From Tubulanus polymorphus (Eukaryota; Animalia; Nemertea), in the NCBI RefSeq assembly GCF_964204645.1, contig NC_134033.1, positions 266,031 to 330,030 of the forward strand: DNA of 64,000 bases, in the 5' to 3' direction. The notes beneath the pieces are model-generated. The model worked only from the letters and a program-made list of their open reading frames with translations, had not been told where the DNA came from and made no database searches. The position numbers were made by a program, and so were the translations under genes. Shown piece by piece: positions 63,232 through 64,000 of the stretch. Position 1 is the stretch's first letter, and each line of letters opens with the position of its first letter.

Positions 63232-63955
63232 CTACGTGATAGTCGGTCGAAGTTTATCTCGTAATTTGAATATTGTCGTCCTGGGAAACGACCCGGGTAA
63301 TTTAAATAGATGCTGAAATATAAACAACAGAACATCAGCGAGAGCGCCATCTAGGAAAACCAGCATTCAGCATTCAAATATCTTATATTGATAGAAAGAC
63401 AACACAGGAAGGAAAACAGCCCATATTGAAAAAGTCGGCTAATATTTTTCAAAAAAAGAATTTTTACGGGAATAAAAATCAGTAACATTTAGCCAAAAAA
63501 CGACCTTTATTTTGGTTAAAATGTTTTGGCCTGAATTAGAGCCGCTTTTGGAATGAGACGCCATATTGGTTTCTCCGACTCCACAATTGTGCTAATTACC
63601 GCCGAAAACCGTCATATCGGAGCACTCCTAACTACGGAGCACTCCGATGTGACACGCGAGATTGAGGCGATTTACACTGATCTCAGGAATGAAGAAAATG
63701 GAAGAGATCTGTCTATGGACAGAAGATTTTCCTCCCTCCCTCCCTCCCCCCCCCGTGTTTTAGAATTACCTGCATGAACTCGTGACAATTCAACGACGTT
63801 TTATCGTTAATGATTTGTTTAAAACAGTTAACGACATCCGGAAAATTCTTACAATGTAATAATTTATCCTCGTTCAGTTTAATGAGGGTGATCCCGACAC
63901 GGAACAGAATCTTACAACCTTCCAGAAATAAACAATCCCAAATACGTAGCACTGT
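63232..63955 (-). CDS. GRTP1: Growth hormone-regulated TBC protein 1-like (Rab-GAP), last two coding exons (63770-63955, 63232-63312); gene continues beyond the window
   Basis: TVLRIWDCLFLEGCKILFRVGITLIK...FKQI...CHEFMQ + HLFKLPGSFPRTTIFKLRDKLRPTIT* matches my recollection of the GRTP1/TBC1D6 C-terminus. Confidence 0.85.
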
Positions 63956-64000
63956 CTGAAATAAATAACATAAATAAATATGGCAGCAAAGCAGCGATAT

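Overview
AT-rich, intron-containing invertebrate (metazoan) genomic DNA, dense in minisatellites and small transposon remnants; the species cannot be read from the sequence. Manual exon assembly gives, left to right: a 165-aa secreted orphan (-); a 925-aa low-complexity polyQ/polyG/36-aa-repeat ORF (+); a DUF229 protein (+); a 13-exon monoamine-oxidase-like gene with an altered active site (-); a tandem array of 20 copies of a 69-bp unit that folds as a minimal type I hammerhead ribozyme; an Ig-TM receptor with a tyrosine-motif-rich tail (+); and the 3' end of a GRTP1-like TBC gene (-). The main discovery lies between the last two. It is a ~31-exon gene (36979-57016) that reads in one frame as signal peptide, four Ig-like domains, a TM helix, 24 frame-symmetric phase-1 mini/microexons, then NACHT and an LRR-like region. 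This is a putative cell-surface Ig-NLR receptor of ~1855 aa. It sits in tandem with the Tyr-tail receptor, which shares a clearly paralogous Ig domain. All gene models come from GT/AG sites and frame continuity read by eye and need transcript confirmation.
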